A stretch of DNA of 64,000 nucleotides from an uncultured Clostridia bacterium (GTDB taxonomy: Bacteria; Bacillota; Clostridia; Oscillospirales; CAG-272). The translations under genes and the position numbers were made by a program. Positions 44,071 to 55,039 of this stretch are shown here, one piece after another (position 1 is the stretch's first letter; every line of letters starts with the position of its first letter). The notes under the pieces were generated by a model that ran no database searches, was not told where the DNA came from, and saw nothing but the letters and a program-made list of their open reading frames with translations. The stretch lies in the NCBI GenBank assembly GCA_947625805.1, contig CANQPT010000004.1, positions 13,829 to 77,828 of the forward strand. Reading direction: 5' to 3'.

Positions 44071-46334
44071 TTACAGTCAATACTTAAATTCTGTCCGGTA
44101 CTGTCCACGTGAATGACGCGGATCGGCCCGGCGTGGCCGGAGATGATCCAGTCGGCAATCTTGTCTTCCAGTTCATTTTGGATAAAACGGCGCATATTGC
44201 GCGCACCGTACTTTTCACTGTACGAGCGCTCGGCGATCAGATCGGCCGCCGGGTCGGTATAGGTAAGCGTAATGCCCTTTTCCGAAAGCGAGAGCGCCAG
44301 ATCTGCCAGCATGATCCGCGCAATCCCCACAAAGTCCTCGCGCGTGAGCGGATGAAAGGTAATGATCTCATCTACACGGTTGAGAAATTCCGGGCGCAGG
44401 AAATCCGAGAGGGCCTTCATAGTGCGATCCTCGGTTGCAAACCCGCGCTCACCGGAAAATCCCGCCGTATTGGTATTGAGATTTGAGCCTGCGTTGGTGG
44501 TCATCACAATGACCGTATTTTCAAAATTGACCGTGCGCCCCTGCGCGTCTGTGATCCTGCCGTCATCGAGGATCTGCAATAAGATGTTCATCACATCGGG
44601 GTGCGCCTTTTCGATCTCATCAAAGAGCACGACCGAATAGGGTTTCCGGCGGATCTTTTCGGTCAGTTGTCCGCCGTCGTCATAGCCCACATAGCCCGGA
44701 GGCGAACCGATCATGCGGGAAACCGAGTGCTTTTCCATAAACTCGGACATATCAAGGCGAATAAGGGTCTCCGGCGAGTCGAACAACTCGGCGGCAAGCG
44801 CCTTTACCAGCGCGGTCTTGCCCACACCGGTAGGACCTGCAAAGATAAACGACACCGGCTTTCTCACATAAGACACGCCCGCACGATTGCGCTTGATCGC
44901 CCGACAGAGGGCGTCGATGGCCTTGTCCTGACCGACAATGCGTGCTCTCAAGGAGGCGTCCAGGCGGTCGATGCGTTGAAATTCGTTTTCTGTGATGTTG
45001 GAGGCGGGAATACCGGTCCAGATCTCGATCACCCGGGCAAGGTCTGCATCCGAGAGCACCACGTGCTCTTTTTCCGCCGCAAGCGCGTCAAATTCACCTT
45101 TCAGGCGAAGTTCCTCCGCCTTAATATCGGCAAGACGGCGGTATTTCTCTTCTAAAGCCGCCTCATCGCTTTCCTCCTCGCCCTCTAACTGCTCCCGTTC
45201 GGTTTTCAGCGCGCCCATGCGGTCGACCGTTTCATTGATCTTCTCGATCACGGGAGAGGAGAGCGCTAGATAGGCGCTTGCCTCGTCTAACAGGTCGATG
45301 GCCTTGTCCGGCAAAAACCGGTCGGTGATATACCGCTCGGATAAAACCACCGCGCGACGGACGGTCTCTTCCGGAATGCGCACACCGTGGAAGGTTTCAT
45401 AATACCCTTTGATTCCGGTCAGCATACGGATAGAATCCTCGATCGAGGGCTCTTCGACGATGATCGGCTGAAATCTGCGCTCCAAGGCCGAGTCCTTTTC
45501 AATATATTTGCGGTATTCGGACAGAGTGGTAGCGCCGATCATCTGAATCTCCCCGCGGGAAAGCGCCGGCTTCAGGATATTAGCGGCGTTCATGCTTCCC
45601 TCGGCGTCACCCGCACCCACGATGCTGTGCACCTCGTCGATGACCAGAATGATGTTTCCCAAACGCTTGACCTCATTGATCAGGCCCTTGATACGCTGTT
45701 CAAACTGCCCGCGGAACTGCGTGCCCGCCACAAGAGCGGTCAGGTCGACCAAATGTACTTCCTTGTCTTTGAGTTTATAGGGTACGTTGCCCGCCGCAAT
45801 GCGCTGCGCCAAAGCCTCCGCGATCGCGGTCTTGCCCACACCCGGCTCACCGATCAGACAGGGGTTATTCTTCTGACGGCGGCAGAGAATCTGGATCAGG
45901 CGGCCGATCTCCCGATCGCGCCCGACGATGGTGTCCAGCGCTCCCTCTCGTGCCTTTCCGGTCAGATCGTCACAATATTCGGTCAAAAAACGGCGCTTGG
46001 GAGCCTTGCTTTTCTTTTCCCCGGACTGGTCTTTGGTTTCTTTGTGAGCGCCGGGAGCAAAGCCGCCGAAGATCTTGCTGAAATCCACGGCAGGCGCCCT
46101 GCCCTCACTGTCGTCCGGCACTTCTCCCGACTCGACAAGCGCTTCCATCTCGTCATCCAGACGGTCGAGTTCCTCATCACCGATGCCCATCTTTTGCATC
46201 ATATCATTGACCGGCTTGATGCCCAGTTCTTTGGCGCATTTGAGGCAGATGCCTTCGCTTTTGGTCTGGTTATTTTCAATGCGTTGGATATACACCACCG
46301 CAATCCGCTTATGACAGCGTACACATAACTCCAT
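44067..46334 (-). CDS. ClpE-like Clp/Hsp100 AAA+ unfoldase with an N-terminal zinc ribbon instead of Clp_N repeats
   Basis: [14 protein letters not shown]...[11 protein letters not shown] (CxxC...CxxC). Two Walker A motifs are present ([12 protein letters not shown] and [12 protein letters not shown]), with a coiled-coil middle region. The stop overlaps the start of the downstream gene (ATGA). Confidence 0.85.
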   Translation of the reverse strand: MELCVRCHKRIAVVYIQRIENNQTKSEGICLKCAKELGIKPVNDMMQKMGIGDEELDRLDDEMEALVESGEVPDDSEGRAPAVDFSKIFGGFAPGAHKETKDQSGEKKSKAPKRRFLTEYCDDLTGKAREGALDTIVGRDREIGRLIQILCRRQKNNPCLIGEPGVGKTAIAEALAQRIAAGNVPYKLKDKEVHLVDLTALVAGTQFRGQFEQRIKGLINEVKRLGNIILVIDEVHSIVGAGDAEGSMNAANILKPALSRGEIQMIGATTLSEYRKYIEKDSALERRFQPIIVEEPSIEDSIRMLTGIKGYYETFHGVRIPEETVRRAVVLSERYITDRFLPDKAIDLLDEASAYLALSSPVIEKINETVDRMGALKTEREQLEGEEESDEAALEEKYRRLADIKAEELRLKGEFDALAAEKEHVVLSDADLARVIEIWTGIPASNITENEFQRIDRLDASLRARIVGQDKAIDALCRAIKRNRAGVSYVRKPVSFIFAGPTGVGKTALVKALAAELFDSPETLIRLDMSEFMEKHSVSRMIGSPPGYVGYDDGGQLTEKIRRKPYSVVLFDEIEKAHPDVMNILLQILDDGRITDAQGRTVNFENTVIVMTTNAGSNLNTNTAGFSGERGFATEDRTMKALSDFLRPEFLNRVDEIITFHPLTREDFVGIARIMLADLALSLSEKGITLTYTDPAADLIAERSYSEKYGARNMRRFIQNELEDKIADWIISGHAGPIRVIHVDSTGQNLSIDCK

Positions 46335-46351
46335 GTTCTTTTTGCTCTCCT

Positions 46352-47065
46352 TTATTTGATTACGTCACTGATACCGGAAACAATGCCGGCAAACAGGTTA
46401 TATTCACTGAAAAAACGCAGCAAGAGCGCTTTTGAAGGCAAATCCTCCTGAAAAACTTGCGGGAAGTTTCCGGCAAGCCACGGCAGAATACAGACAAACA
46501 GCCGGGAAAGAAGCATGACAAGCAAAAGCCCGCACAGCGCACCGAGCAAAAGCCCGAGCAGACGGTTAGCGGTTTTCAGCACCGGCAGACGGAAGATCCG
46601 ATCCAAGATATGCGCGGCAATCCGAAGAACAGCGCTTGCCAGCACAAACAGTACAAGATATGCGATCGATTTGCACAACGGAACGGAAATCGATTGGGCA
46701 AGTTCAGAGGACACCGCGTCTACCGCATCATATCCTTCCTCTTGAATCCGGGCGACATACTCCTCGGCAGATATGCCGGAACTGAACACATACCGATCCA
46801 CCGCGCCGAACACCAACTGCCCCGCCTCGGGATCACTTTCAAGGGCTGAACTCACATTCTCGCTGATCACATTCTGGACCGCCTGATGGGCAAACGTGTC
46901 ATTGATCCACATACCCAGCGCCCCGGAAAAGACCGTGGCAACGATCAGCGCCGCCACCGTACCCACAAGGCCGATGAGCGCCTTGATAAAACCTTTGCGA
47001 TATCCGCTGATACAGGCAAGGACCAAAATGGCCGCCAAGATAAGATCAATCAACAGGATTGTCAT
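46352..47065 (-). CDS. cvpA: CvpA-family membrane protein
   Basis: MTILLIDLILAAILVLACISGYRKGFIKALIGLVG. GGAGGA lies 9 nt upstream of the ATG at 47065. Confidence 0.8.
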   Translation of the reverse strand: MTILLIDLILAAILVLACISGYRKGFIKALIGLVGTVAALIVATVFSGALGMWINDTFAHQAVQNVISENVSSALESDPEAGQLVFGAVDRYVFSSGISAEEYVARIQEEGYDAVDAVSSELAQSISVPLCKSIAYLVLFVLASAVLRIAAHILDRIFRLPVLKTANRLLGLLLGALCGLLLVMLLSRLFVCILPWLAGNFPQVFQEDLPSKALLLRFFSEYNLFAGIVSGISDVIK

Positions 47066-48299
47066 CGTTTGTTTCCTCCTCATTTACCGCGCTGAACGCA
47101 TATACGACCGACTGGGTCCGATTTGCATAACAGATCAAAATTGACTGTTCGTCACGCACAAGGAAATCCAGCGGGTTGTGCTCGGTGTATTCATACAAGG
47201 TCCGGGACCCGTCCGTTTTCATTCTTGCCACAGCGTCGGTCAGCAATGCATAGACATACCCGTTCTCCCCGCGGAGTTTTTTGACCTGCCCGTCGATGGA
47301 AAACGGCCCGGACAAAGACCCGTCTGACGCATAAAAATACAGTGTACTTTTCGCGCCGATCACGCTTTGATTGAATGATACTGCGGCATAGTTGTCTGCA
47401 AAGGCACACGCGGTCGGGGTCTGCCCTGCGAAACGGTGCTCGGACAGCAACGTTCCGTCCTTGTCATAGGCAAGGTATCGGTCGGACGCCAGCACGCCGA
47501 CCCCGCCGTCCGAGAAATAAGCGGCCTGCACCGGATAGCAGTCCTCCACCGTGACCGTAAAGACCGGATCGCTCTTGCCCGGTTCTACCGACTGAATCTC
47601 GGTAAAAAACGCACCTTGTTCGTCGGTTTCCAGCGAGAGCGCCAGCACGCGGGAGCCGTCGGCGGAAATATTTACGTCCATGATCAGTTTATCCTTGAAG
47701 ATCTGAGAGCGTTCGCGGAAATTCTGATCGTATATATAGACCGCACTGCGGTACTCGACGGTTCTTGTCACGATGGCAAACACGCCGGAACCGCTTGCCT
47801 TGATCAGGCTGATCGGATAGTCGAGGGTTTCTGTGCGGATACAGAAAAAGGAATCATAGACCGAGTAAGTATATCCCCCCTGATCATACAGGTAGAGGTA
47901 GCGGTCGGTGCTGACTAAGGAGGGCTGTGACATGGCATGAGTGCCGGACAAAACAATATTCCCGCGCATATCGTAAAAATCCACTCCGGTGGAAGATGCT
48001 AAGATTAGATCGTCCTTATAATACCCGAACGCATATGCGGCGTTATCCTCATAGCGCAGGGTGGAAAAATTCCCGGCATTGTCCTCCGAGTTGATATCAA
48101 AATGCTTCATCAAATAGCGGAAGTTATAGAGCGAGATCTCATTGCGCGCAAAAACCGCACAGGCGAGAAGCGCTGCGACTAACAAAAAAACCGTGACCCA
48201 TTTTGCGCGCCCAAGCGCCTTTGATATCGAAAGATAATAAGGCGTCACTCCGGGAGGCAGATCGGCATATTTCTTTTTGGTTTTCTTGGCTTTTGCCAT
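47046..48299 (-). CDS. Membrane-anchored repeat (beta-propeller-like) protein, DUF5711-like
   Basis: MAKAKKTKKKYADLPP, then one TM segment, then a repetitive beta-rich ectodomain. The start was set at 48299 (GGAGGAAC upstream). The track ORF extends spuriously into truA. Confidence 0.6.
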   Translation of the reverse strand: MAKAKKTKKKYADLPPGVTPYYLSISKALGRAKWVTVFLLVAALLACAVFARNEISLYNFRYLMKHFDINSEDNAGNFSTLRYEDNAAYAFGYYKDDLILASSTGVDFYDMRGNIVLSGTHAMSQPSLVSTDRYLYLYDQGGYTYSVYDSFFCIRTETLDYPISLIKASGSGVFAIVTRTVEYRSAVYIYDQNFRERSQIFKDKLIMDVNISADGSRVLALSLETDEQGAFFTEIQSVEPGKSDPVFTVTVEDCYPVQAAYFSDGGVGVLASDRYLAYDKDGTLLSEHRFAGQTPTACAFADNYAAVSFNQSVIGAKSTLYFYASDGSLSGPFSIDGQVKKLRGENGYVYALLTDAVARMKTDGSRTLYEYTEHNPLDFLVRDEQSILICYANRTQSVVYAFSAVNEEETNDDNPVD

Positions 48300-48316
48300 T
48301 GTTCCTCCGTGAGAAA

Positions 48317-49051
48317 TTAAGAATAAAAAACCCGATTCAGATATAAACCGCAGGCGGGTGCGGTTGGTCCCGCTTTGCTTCGATCGGCGGCATACAGGAT
48401 ACGCTCGGCCTGCTCGGGCGGCATGGCGCCGCGGCCCACCTCGACCAACGTACCCACGATGATGCGCACCATATTGTATAAAAAACCGTCGGCAGATATG
48501 CGCACCAAAATGTGATCCCCTGCCTGTTCTGCGGTAAGGGCGCTCACCGTACGCACCGTGTCGATAACCGATGAGCCGGCGGCGCAAAACGAGGCAAAAT
48601 CGTGCTTGCCGCACAAATACTGCGCCGCCTGATTCATGCGCTTGACGTCCAGCGGCCGACAATATTGCCAAGCTCTGCCCACCGTCAACGGATCACGATA
48701 GCGGGAAATGCAGATATCATAAAAGTATTCTTTCCCCGTACAACTATACCGTGCATGAAAATCAAGGCTTACCTCCCGGGCGTCCAGCACGGAAACGTCT
48801 TCGGGTAAAAGCGTATTCAGCGCCGCAGGTATACGGTCGACGGGGACCGAAAATACGCCCTCAGCCGTGCAAAAAAACTGTTTCGCGTGCACGCCGGAAT
48901 CGGTACGGCTGCATCCGGTCACCGGCGGACGGTACCCGAACAGCTGCTCGCATGCGTCCTGCAAGATTTTTTGCACCGTAAGTGCATCCCCCTGTACCTG
49001 CCACCCGTGATAAGCGCTGCCGCAGTAGGCTAACTCAAGCAATATCTTCAT
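48317..49051 (-). CDS. truA: tRNA pseudouridine(38-40) synthase TruA
   Basis: MKILLELAYCGSAYHGWQVQ ... GCSRTDSGVHA. Confidence 0.9.
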   Translation of the reverse strand: MKILLELAYCGSAYHGWQVQGDALTVQKILQDACEQLFGYRPPVTGCSRTDSGVHAKQFFCTAEGVFSVPVDRIPAALNTLLPEDVSVLDAREVSLDFHARYSCTGKEYFYDICISRYRDPLTVGRAWQYCRPLDVKRMNQAAQYLCGKHDFASFCAAGSSVIDTVRTVSALTAEQAGDHILVRISADGFLYNMVRIIVGTLVEVGRGAMPPEQAERILYAADRSKAGPTAPACGLYLNRVFYS

Positions 49052-49878
49052 AGTCCATAACCGATTCGGGAAGTATAGATATTTAACACTACAATACCCG
49101 CGCCGAACAGGACCATGCAAACGAGCGCACCGTAATCGCGGATATGCATATGCAGTCGATTCATGCGGGTACGGCCCGCTCCTCCCCGGTAACAGCGGCA
49201 TTCCATGGCGATCGCCAACTCATCCGCACGGCGGAAAGCGCTGACGAACAGCGGGATCAGGATCGGAATCAGCGCCCGCACCCGATGCAGCAGACTTCCG
49301 CTTGTAAAGTCGGCACCGCGGGCCTTCTGCGCGCTCATGATTTTGTCGGTTTCCTCGATCAGAGTAGGAATAAAGCGCAGAGCAATGGTCATCATCATTG
49401 CAAACTCATGTACCGGCACATGAAGCACCGAAAGAGGTGCAAGCAACTGCTCGATTCCATCGGTGAGCGTGATGGGAGAGGTAGTATAGGTGAGCAGGAT
49501 ACTTGTTCCCGCAAGCAGACAGACAATGCGCACCAGCATATAGACAGCGGTCGTAATGCCTTCCCTGTAAATGCGGACAAATGCAACGTGCACAAGCGGC
49601 TCCCCCTCGCCGCGGGTAAAAAAGAGGTTGAGGATCATGGTAAAGACCATGATAAAGAGAATGGGTTTCATTCCCTTCAGGATCACGCGCAGGTTTATGC
49701 GCGACAGCAGCACGAGCAGAACGGTCACGCACAGTATAAACACAAAAGACAGCATGCTTTTGGCAAGAAAAAGTGCGACGATATAGAGCACGGTCAGCAC
49801 GATCTTTACCCGTGGATCCAACCGATGCAGAATGGAATTTCCCGGGAAATACTGTCCGAGGGTAATATCTTTAAGCAT
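49048..49878 (-). CDS. ecfT: ECF transporter transmembrane (T) component
   Basis: Polytopic, with the conserved ARG...AxxxR coupling helices (AQKARGADF ... AFRRADELAIAMECR). Confidence 0.9.
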   Translation of the reverse strand: MLKDITLGQYFPGNSILHRLDPRVKIVLTVLYIVALFLAKSMLSFVFILCVTVLLVLLSRINLRVILKGMKPILFIMVFTMILNLFFTRGEGEPLVHVAFVRIYREGITTAVYMLVRIVCLLAGTSILLTYTTSPITLTDGIEQLLAPLSVLHVPVHEFAMMMTIALRFIPTLIEETDKIMSAQKARGADFTSGSLLHRVRALIPILIPLFVSAFRRADELAIAMECRCYRGGAGRTRMNRLHMHIRDYGALVCMVLFGAGIVVLNIYTSRIGYGL

Positions 49879-50740
49879 TTTCCCGCTCCTTTCCCCAAAG
49901 GCGCAGAATCTCCTCTTTTGCCGCCTCTATGGTAAAAATATCCGTGCGGCATGGAAGTCCCAACTCAGACAGACGCATCATGGTGCGGGTGATCTGCGGC
50001 ACGTCCAGTCCTATGCTGCACAAAAGGTCGGCCCGGCGGAAGATCTCATCCGGTGTACCCGCTAAGATTACACGGGATTCGCTCATGACCACCAGGCGTT
50101 CAGCGTATTTTGCCATATCCTCCATGCTGTGGCTGACGATGATCACGGTCGCTTCTCTTGCCTGCTGATAGGCCCGCACCGCGTCGAATATGGTTTCCCG
50201 CCCGATAGGATCAAGACCCGCCGCCGGTTCATCAAGCACCAGCACCTCCGGGCGCATGGCGAGAATACCCGCGATGGCCACCCGGCGCTTTTGTCCGCCG
50301 GAGAGTTCAAAAGGAGATTTGTCGAGCAAATCGGCCTCCAGACCGACAAACTCCGCCGCCTCACGCACCCGCGCGTCGATTTCGGCACCATCAAGGCCCA
50401 TATTTTTGGGGCCGTATGCGATATCGGCGGAAACCGTTTCCTCGAAAAGCTGATACTCCGGGTACTGAAAAACCAGTCCCACCCGATAGCGCACGCGGCT
50501 TAACTGTTTGGGGTTTTCCCAAATATCCCGCCCGTCCAGAAGGATCTGCCCGGAAACAGGGCGAAGCAGACCGTTGAGCATCTGCACAAGGGTGCTTTTA
50601 CCCGAGCCTGTATGACCGATCAGCCCGGTGATCATTCCCGCCTCAAAAGCGCAGCTCACATCGGTCAGGGCCGACGCCGCGAAAGGTGTATTGGGACTGT
50701 ACTCATATGAAACGTTTTTAACTTCCAGCTTTGTGCTCAT
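49871..50740 (-). CDS. ecfA2: ECF transporter ATPase A2
   Basis: GHTGSGKST, LSGGQKRRVAIAG, LVLDEP. Confidence 0.9.
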   Translation of the reverse strand: MSTKLEVKNVSYEYSPNTPFAASALTDVSCAFEAGMITGLIGHTGSGKSTLVQMLNGLLRPVSGQILLDGRDIWENPKQLSRVRYRVGLVFQYPEYQLFEETVSADIAYGPKNMGLDGAEIDARVREAAEFVGLEADLLDKSPFELSGGQKRRVAIAGILAMRPEVLVLDEPAAGLDPIGRETIFDAVRAYQQAREATVIIVSHSMEDMAKYAERLVVMSESRVILAGTPDEIFRRADLLCSIGLDVPQITRTMMRLSELGLPCRTDIFTIEAAKEEILRLWGKERENA

Positions 50741-51597
50741 TGATTCAACAGAGCATACAGGCGCTCTGCCCCTTCTTCTTCACTGATTACGGGCTCTCCC
50801 ACCGGCAGTCCCTGCTGCCGCAAAACCTCAAAAAGTTCGGTGACCTGCGGCACGCCCAAGCCGCACCCGCGCAGGGTATCTGCCTGCGCAAAAACTTCTT
50901 TTGGCGTACCGTCAAGAACAATCCTTCCCTCGTCCATGACCAGCACCCGGTCGGCCAAGACCGCTTCGTTCATGTTATGGGTAATAAAAATCTCCGTGAT
51001 CCCCTCTTTGTTAAGAGCGAGGACGGTCTGCATGACCTCAGCCCGCCCGGTGGGATCGAGCATGGCAGTCGACTCGTCAAATAAAATACACTCCGGGCGC
51101 ATGGCGATCACACCTGCAATGGCGATCCGCTGCTTCTGTCCGCCGGAAAGTTGATGGGGGGCGTGTTTTGCATAGGCACGCATACCGACCGTATCGAGGG
51201 CGCTGTCCACCCGGGCACGGATCTGTTCGGGGGCCAACCCAAGGTTTTCCGGCCCGAAAGCGATATCCTCTTCCACAATGGTCGCCACCAGTTGATTGTC
51301 GGGATTCTGGAAGACCATGCCTACTCCCGCCCGCAGGGCAAACAGCTCATCCTCGGTCAAAGCCGGGTCGGTGATCTCTTTTCCGCCCATCCGAATCTTG
51401 CCCGAGGTCGGGGTCAGGATCATGCCCAGCAGTTTTGCAAGGGTCGATTTACCCGAGCCGTTGCGCCCGAGCACCGCCACAAAACTCCCCCGCTCGATCT
51501 GCAAATTCAGACCGTGCAGAACTGGGGCTGCTTCCCCCTCTCCCTGTGCGGGATAGGAAAAACTTAAATTTTCGATTTGTAAATACGGGTCAGTCAA
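50737..51597 (-). CDS. ecfA1: ECF transporter ATPase A1
   Basis: GRNGSGKST, LSGGQKQRIAIAG, ILFDES. A TTG start at 51597 (GAGAGGA upstream) overlaps the upstream gene's stop (TTGA). The track start at 51717 was rejected. Confidence 0.85.
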   Translation of the reverse strand: MTDPYLQIENLSFSYPAQGEGEAAPVLHGLNLQIERGSFVAVLGRNGSGKSTLAKLLGMILTPTSGKIRMGGKEITDPALTEDELFALRAGVGMVFQNPDNQLVATIVEEDIAFGPENLGLAPEQIRARVDSALDTVGMRAYAKHAPHQLSGGQKQRIAIAGVIAMRPECILFDESTAMLDPTGRAEVMQTVLALNKEGITEIFITHNMNEAVLADRVLVMDEGRIVLDGTPKEVFAQADTLRGCGLGVPQVTELFEVLRQQGLPVGEPVISEEEGAERLYALLNQ

Positions 51598-52475
51598 ATG
51601 TGTATCCTCTCTTCCGCCGTCCACCGTGCCGCAGCACCGCAGGGCAGATATCCGCCCGTGCTGTGCACCGGCAGAACGACCTCGTCCGCGCGGACACTGC
51701 CGCCAAAGCGCGAACAAAGATATAACTGCAATAGATATCCCATAGTCGACGGACTGAGTCCTGTGGTATAGGAATTGAGTAAGAAGAAGAGCGGTTTGTC
51801 ACAAAGCACCTGTGTACACAAACGCAGAAAACCATCTATGCTCTCTTCCAATTTCCAGATCTCACCGCTCGGCCCTCGCCCGTAAGACGGCGGATCCATG
51901 ATAACCGCGTCATAGCGGTTGCCCCGTCGGATCTCCCGCTCGACAAAGCGCTTGCAATCTTCGACGATATAGCGAATGGGCGCGTCGGCAAGGCCGGAAA
52001 GACGGGCGTTTTCCTTTGCATGGGCAACCATGCCCTTTGCCGCGTCCACGTGCACCACGCCGGCGCCCGCACGGGCGGCCGCGACCGTAGCGCCGCCGGT
52101 ATAGGCGAACAGGTTGAGCACCTTGATCGGACGTCCTGCCCCGGCAATCAGGGAGGAAAACCAGTTCCAGTTGACCGCCTGTTCGGGAAAGAGCCCGGTG
52201 TGCTTAAAGCCCATGGGTTTGATCAAAAACCGTAAATTCAGCGGCGCATACGCGATCTGCCAGGATTCGGGAAGGCGATTCTGATTCCACGCGCCTCCGC
52301 CTTGTTTTGAGCGGTGATAGGAGGCGTCCGCCTTTTTCCACAGTTCGTTCTTGGGGCAATTCCAGATGACTTGTGGGTCGGGACGAATGAGGGTGTACTT
52401 TCCCCAACGCTCCAGCCTCTCGCCGCCGCCGGCGTCGAGCAGTTGATATTCGGCCCAGTCCTTTGCAATAAACAT
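51594..52475 (-). CDS. Class I SAM-dependent (RlmI/YwbD-like) RNA methyltransferase
   Basis: VLNLFAYTGGATVAAARAGA ... VIMDPPSYGRG. Confidence 0.8.
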   Translation of the reverse strand: MFIAKDWAEYQLLDAGGGERLERWGKYTLIRPDPQVIWNCPKNELWKKADASYHRSKQGGGAWNQNRLPESWQIAYAPLNLRFLIKPMGFKHTGLFPEQAVNWNWFSSLIAGAGRPIKVLNLFAYTGGATVAAARAGAGVVHVDAAKGMVAHAKENARLSGLADAPIRYIVEDCKRFVEREIRRGNRYDAVIMDPPSYGRGPSGEIWKLEESIDGFLRLCTQVLCDKPLFFLLNSYTTGLSPSTMGYLLQLYLCSRFGGSVRADEVVLPVHSTGGYLPCGAAARWTAEERIHI

Positions 52476-53560
52476 TACACGTCCCCGTCCGACATATCAA
52501 ACAGGCGGATCTGCGGGTCGGACGCGGCAAGCGGCGCTTTGGGCTCAACGCCCAGATACTCGTACGCCTGCGGGGTGACGCATCGTCCGCGCGGGGTGCG
52601 CGCCAAAAATCCGATTTGCAAAAGATACGGCTCGTACACGTCCTCGATGGTGACGGCCTCTTCGCCGATGGTGGCGGCAAGAGTCTCCAGCCCCACAGGA
52701 CCGCCGTTATAGTTCTTGATAATGGTCATGAGCATCCTGCGGTCGAGATTATCTAAACCAAGCCCGTCAATTTCCAGCTTAGACAGGGCGAATGAGGCGA
52801 TTTTTCCATCGATCTTACCGTCCCCACACACCTGTGCATAGTCGCGCACACGCTTGAGCAAACGGTTGGAGATCCGCGGCGTCCCGCGGGAACGGGTTGC
52901 GATTTCGCGGGCGCCGCCGCCGTCGATTTCGATGCCGAGGATCTGTGCACTGCGCAGCACGATTTTGCAGAGTTCTTCGGGGGTATACAGTTCCAATTTG
53001 AGCAACACCCCGAACCGGTCGCGCAACGGCGTGGATAGCTGACCGGCGCGTGTGGTCGCTCCGATCAGCGTAAAATGCGGCAGGGTCAGGCGGATACTGC
53101 GTGCAGACGGGCCTTTGCCGACGATAATGTCGATCTCATAGTCCTCCATCGCAGGATAAAGAATCTCCTCTACCGTGCGCGGAAGACGATGAATTTCATC
53201 GATAAAAAGAATATCCTTGTCATTCAGGTTGGTGAGCAGGGCGACCAGATCGCCCTGCTTTTCGATCGCAGGACCGCTGGTAATGCGGATATTGACCCCC
53301 ATCTCATTTGCGATAATGCCGGAAAGCGTGGTCTTGCCCAGACCCGGAGGGCCGTAAAGCAACACGTGGTCGAGCACTTCGCCGCGCAGTTTGGCCGCGT
53401 CGATATATACTTTCAGATTCTCCTTGACCTTGCTCTGCCCCTCATACTCGACAAGACTTTGCGGACGCAGGGTTGGCTCGCTTGCGCTGTCTTCGGCGGA
53501 CAGTTCATTTGTCACAATACGGTTTTCAAAGTCGTATTCGGTGTCGAAAAATTCTTCCAT
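52475..53560 (-). CDS. ruvB: Holliday junction branch-migration helicase RuvB
   Basis: [14 protein letters not shown] ... DEIHRL. Confidence 0.95.
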   Translation of the reverse strand: MEEFFDTEYDFENRIVTNELSAEDSASEPTLRPQSLVEYEGQSKVKENLKVYIDAAKLRGEVLDHVLLYGPPGLGKTTLSGIIANEMGVNIRITSGPAIEKQGDLVALLTNLNDKDILFIDEIHRLPRTVEEILYPAMEDYEIDIIVGKGPSARSIRLTLPHFTLIGATTRAGQLSTPLRDRFGVLLKLELYTPEELCKIVLRSAQILGIEIDGGGAREIATRSRGTPRISNRLLKRVRDYAQVCGDGKIDGKIASFALSKLEIDGLGLDNLDRRMLMTIIKNYNGGPVGLETLAATIGEEAVTIEDVYEPYLLQIGFLARTPRGRCVTPQAYEYLGVEPKAPLAASDPQIRLFDMSDGDV

Positions 53561-53569
53561 GCGCCCTCC

Positions 53570-54160
53570 TTACATCATGCGCCGCAGTGCGGCGCGAATC
53601 ATATCGTCGATCGCCATGTTCGCGGTATCGATCCCGTCCATGGCACGCGCTGCCTCAGAACGGGAATAGCCGAGCACCACCAGCGCGTTGATTGCCTCGG
53701 ACAGATTGTCGGTCGCGGGAAGCAGATTGTCCTCCCCGATCGCCTCACCGCCCGCTGCCGGTGCGGTAAATTTGTCCTTGAGTTCCAGTACCACACGTTC
53801 GGCAATCTTCTTGCCGACGCCCTGTGCGGCGGTGATGGCCTTGACGTCGGAGCAAGAAACCGCAGCGGCCAGTTTTTCCGGACTGAGTGTAGACAGGATG
53901 GCAAGCGCTGCTTTGGGACCAACGCCCGAAACCGTAATCAACAACTTAAAAGCAGACAGTTCTTCCTCGTCATAAAAGCCGAACAGTTCTTGGGCATCCT
54001 CCCGCACCGAATAATAGGTATACAACTTGACCGTGTCGGCGCCCGACAGATGCTGCAGGGTGTTCAAGGACACGTTTAAGATATATGCAATGCCGTGATT
54101 GTCCACTACGGCGGTGTTCACATCGGTTTTTACAAGATCGCCCGAAATATAGTAGTACAT
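53570..54160 (-). CDS. ruvA: Holliday junction DNA-binding protein RuvA
   Basis: MYYYISGDLV ... LITVSGVGPKAALAILS ... GVGKKIAERVVLELKDK. Confidence 0.95.
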   Translation of the reverse strand: MYYYISGDLVKTDVNTAVVDNHGIAYILNVSLNTLQHLSGADTVKLYTYYSVREDAQELFGFYDEEELSAFKLLITVSGVGPKAALAILSTLSPEKLAAAVSCSDVKAITAAQGVGKKIAERVVLELKDKFTAPAAGGEAIGEDNLLPATDNLSEAINALVVLGYSRSEAARAMDGIDTANMAIDDMIRAALRRMM

Positions 54161-54171
54161 TTCCCTCTCCG

Positions 54172-54672
54172 TTATTTCAGATTATAAAAATTCCGCAAGC
54201 GGGAGCCGCCGGTATGTGCGTGGCAGACCGCGATCGCAAGCGCGTCGGCGGTATCGTCGAGTTTGGGCCCTTGTTTTAAGCCCAGCAGGCTCTTGGTCAT
54301 CATAATCACCTGATTTTTCTCGGCGTTGCCGTACCCAACCACCGCCTGCTTGACTTGTGCGGGAGTGTATTCGAAGATCTTTGTCCCCGTCCGTTCGGCG
54401 GCTAACAGGATCACACCCCGCGCCTCGGCGACCGGGATCGCAGTGGTATGATTTCTGTTGAAAAACAGTTCCTCCACCGCCATTTCGTCCGGGTGATATT
54501 TCTCTAAAATCTGTTCCATATCGTTATAGATCCTGTTTAAGCGCTCTGCGATCGGCAGCCCGGCAGCGGTCGTGATCGCCCCGTATCCCAACGTGCGGAA
54601 TTTGCCGGACAGGTATTCAATCACTCCATAGCCGATAATCGCATAACCGGGGTCGATCCCGAGAATAATCAT
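54172..54672 (-). CDS. ruvC: Crossover junction endodeoxyribonuclease RuvC
   Basis: MIILGIDPGYAIIGYGVIE ... DTADALAIAVCH. Confidence 0.95.
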   Translation of the reverse strand: MIILGIDPGYAIIGYGVIEYLSGKFRTLGYGAITTAAGLPIAERLNRIYNDMEQILEKYHPDEMAVEELFFNRNHTTAIPVAEARGVILLAAERTGTKIFEYTPAQVKQAVVGYGNAEKNQVIMMTKSLLGLKQGPKLDDTADALAIAVCHAHTGGSRLRNFYNLK

Positions 54673-54780
54673 AACATCCTCCGTACACGCTTTTCATCAA
54701 ATTATATCATATAGGCAAACATAAGTCAAAGAATATTTTTGTTTTTTGCATAATTTACAGGATTGTCATTTCCGTGACGA

Positions 54781-54809
54781 TTGCACAACGGCGTTTTTTG
54801 TGCTATAAT
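54781..54809 (+). promoter_or_regulatory. Promoter for the DUF951 gene and cls
   Basis: TTGCAC-17 nt-TATAAT. Confidence 0.55.
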
Positions 54810-54835
54810 ATGACGAAAGAAAGACGGAGGGAACA

Positions 54836-55039
54836 ATGATCGTTCAATTTCAACCCACAGATACGCTGATCATGAAAAAGACGCATCCCTGCGGGTCGAG
54901 CCGCATGACCGTCCTGCACGCGGGCTCGGACGTCAAACTGCGCTGTCAGGGCTGCGGACACGACGTGATCGTTCCGCGCATCAAAATCGAAAAAAACATC
55001 CGACAGGTCATCCCGGGAGAACAAGATGAAAAAAAATAA
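54836..55039 (+). CDS. DUF951-family small protein
   Basis: KKTHPCGSSRMTVLHAGSDVKLRCQGCGHDVIVPR. Confidence 0.75.
   Translation: MIVQFQPTDTLIMKKTHPCGSSRMTVLHAGSDVKLRCQGCGHDVIVPRIKIEKNIRQVIPGEQDEKK

Noticed and set aside
45387-46328. 313-aa ORF antisense to the ClpE-like gene (similarly 53075-54079, 55539-56543, 49144-49935, 24151-25029 and 63184-63969)
   Set aside because: All of them are embedded opposite genes with strong family signatures. They are treated as non-coding shadow frames.
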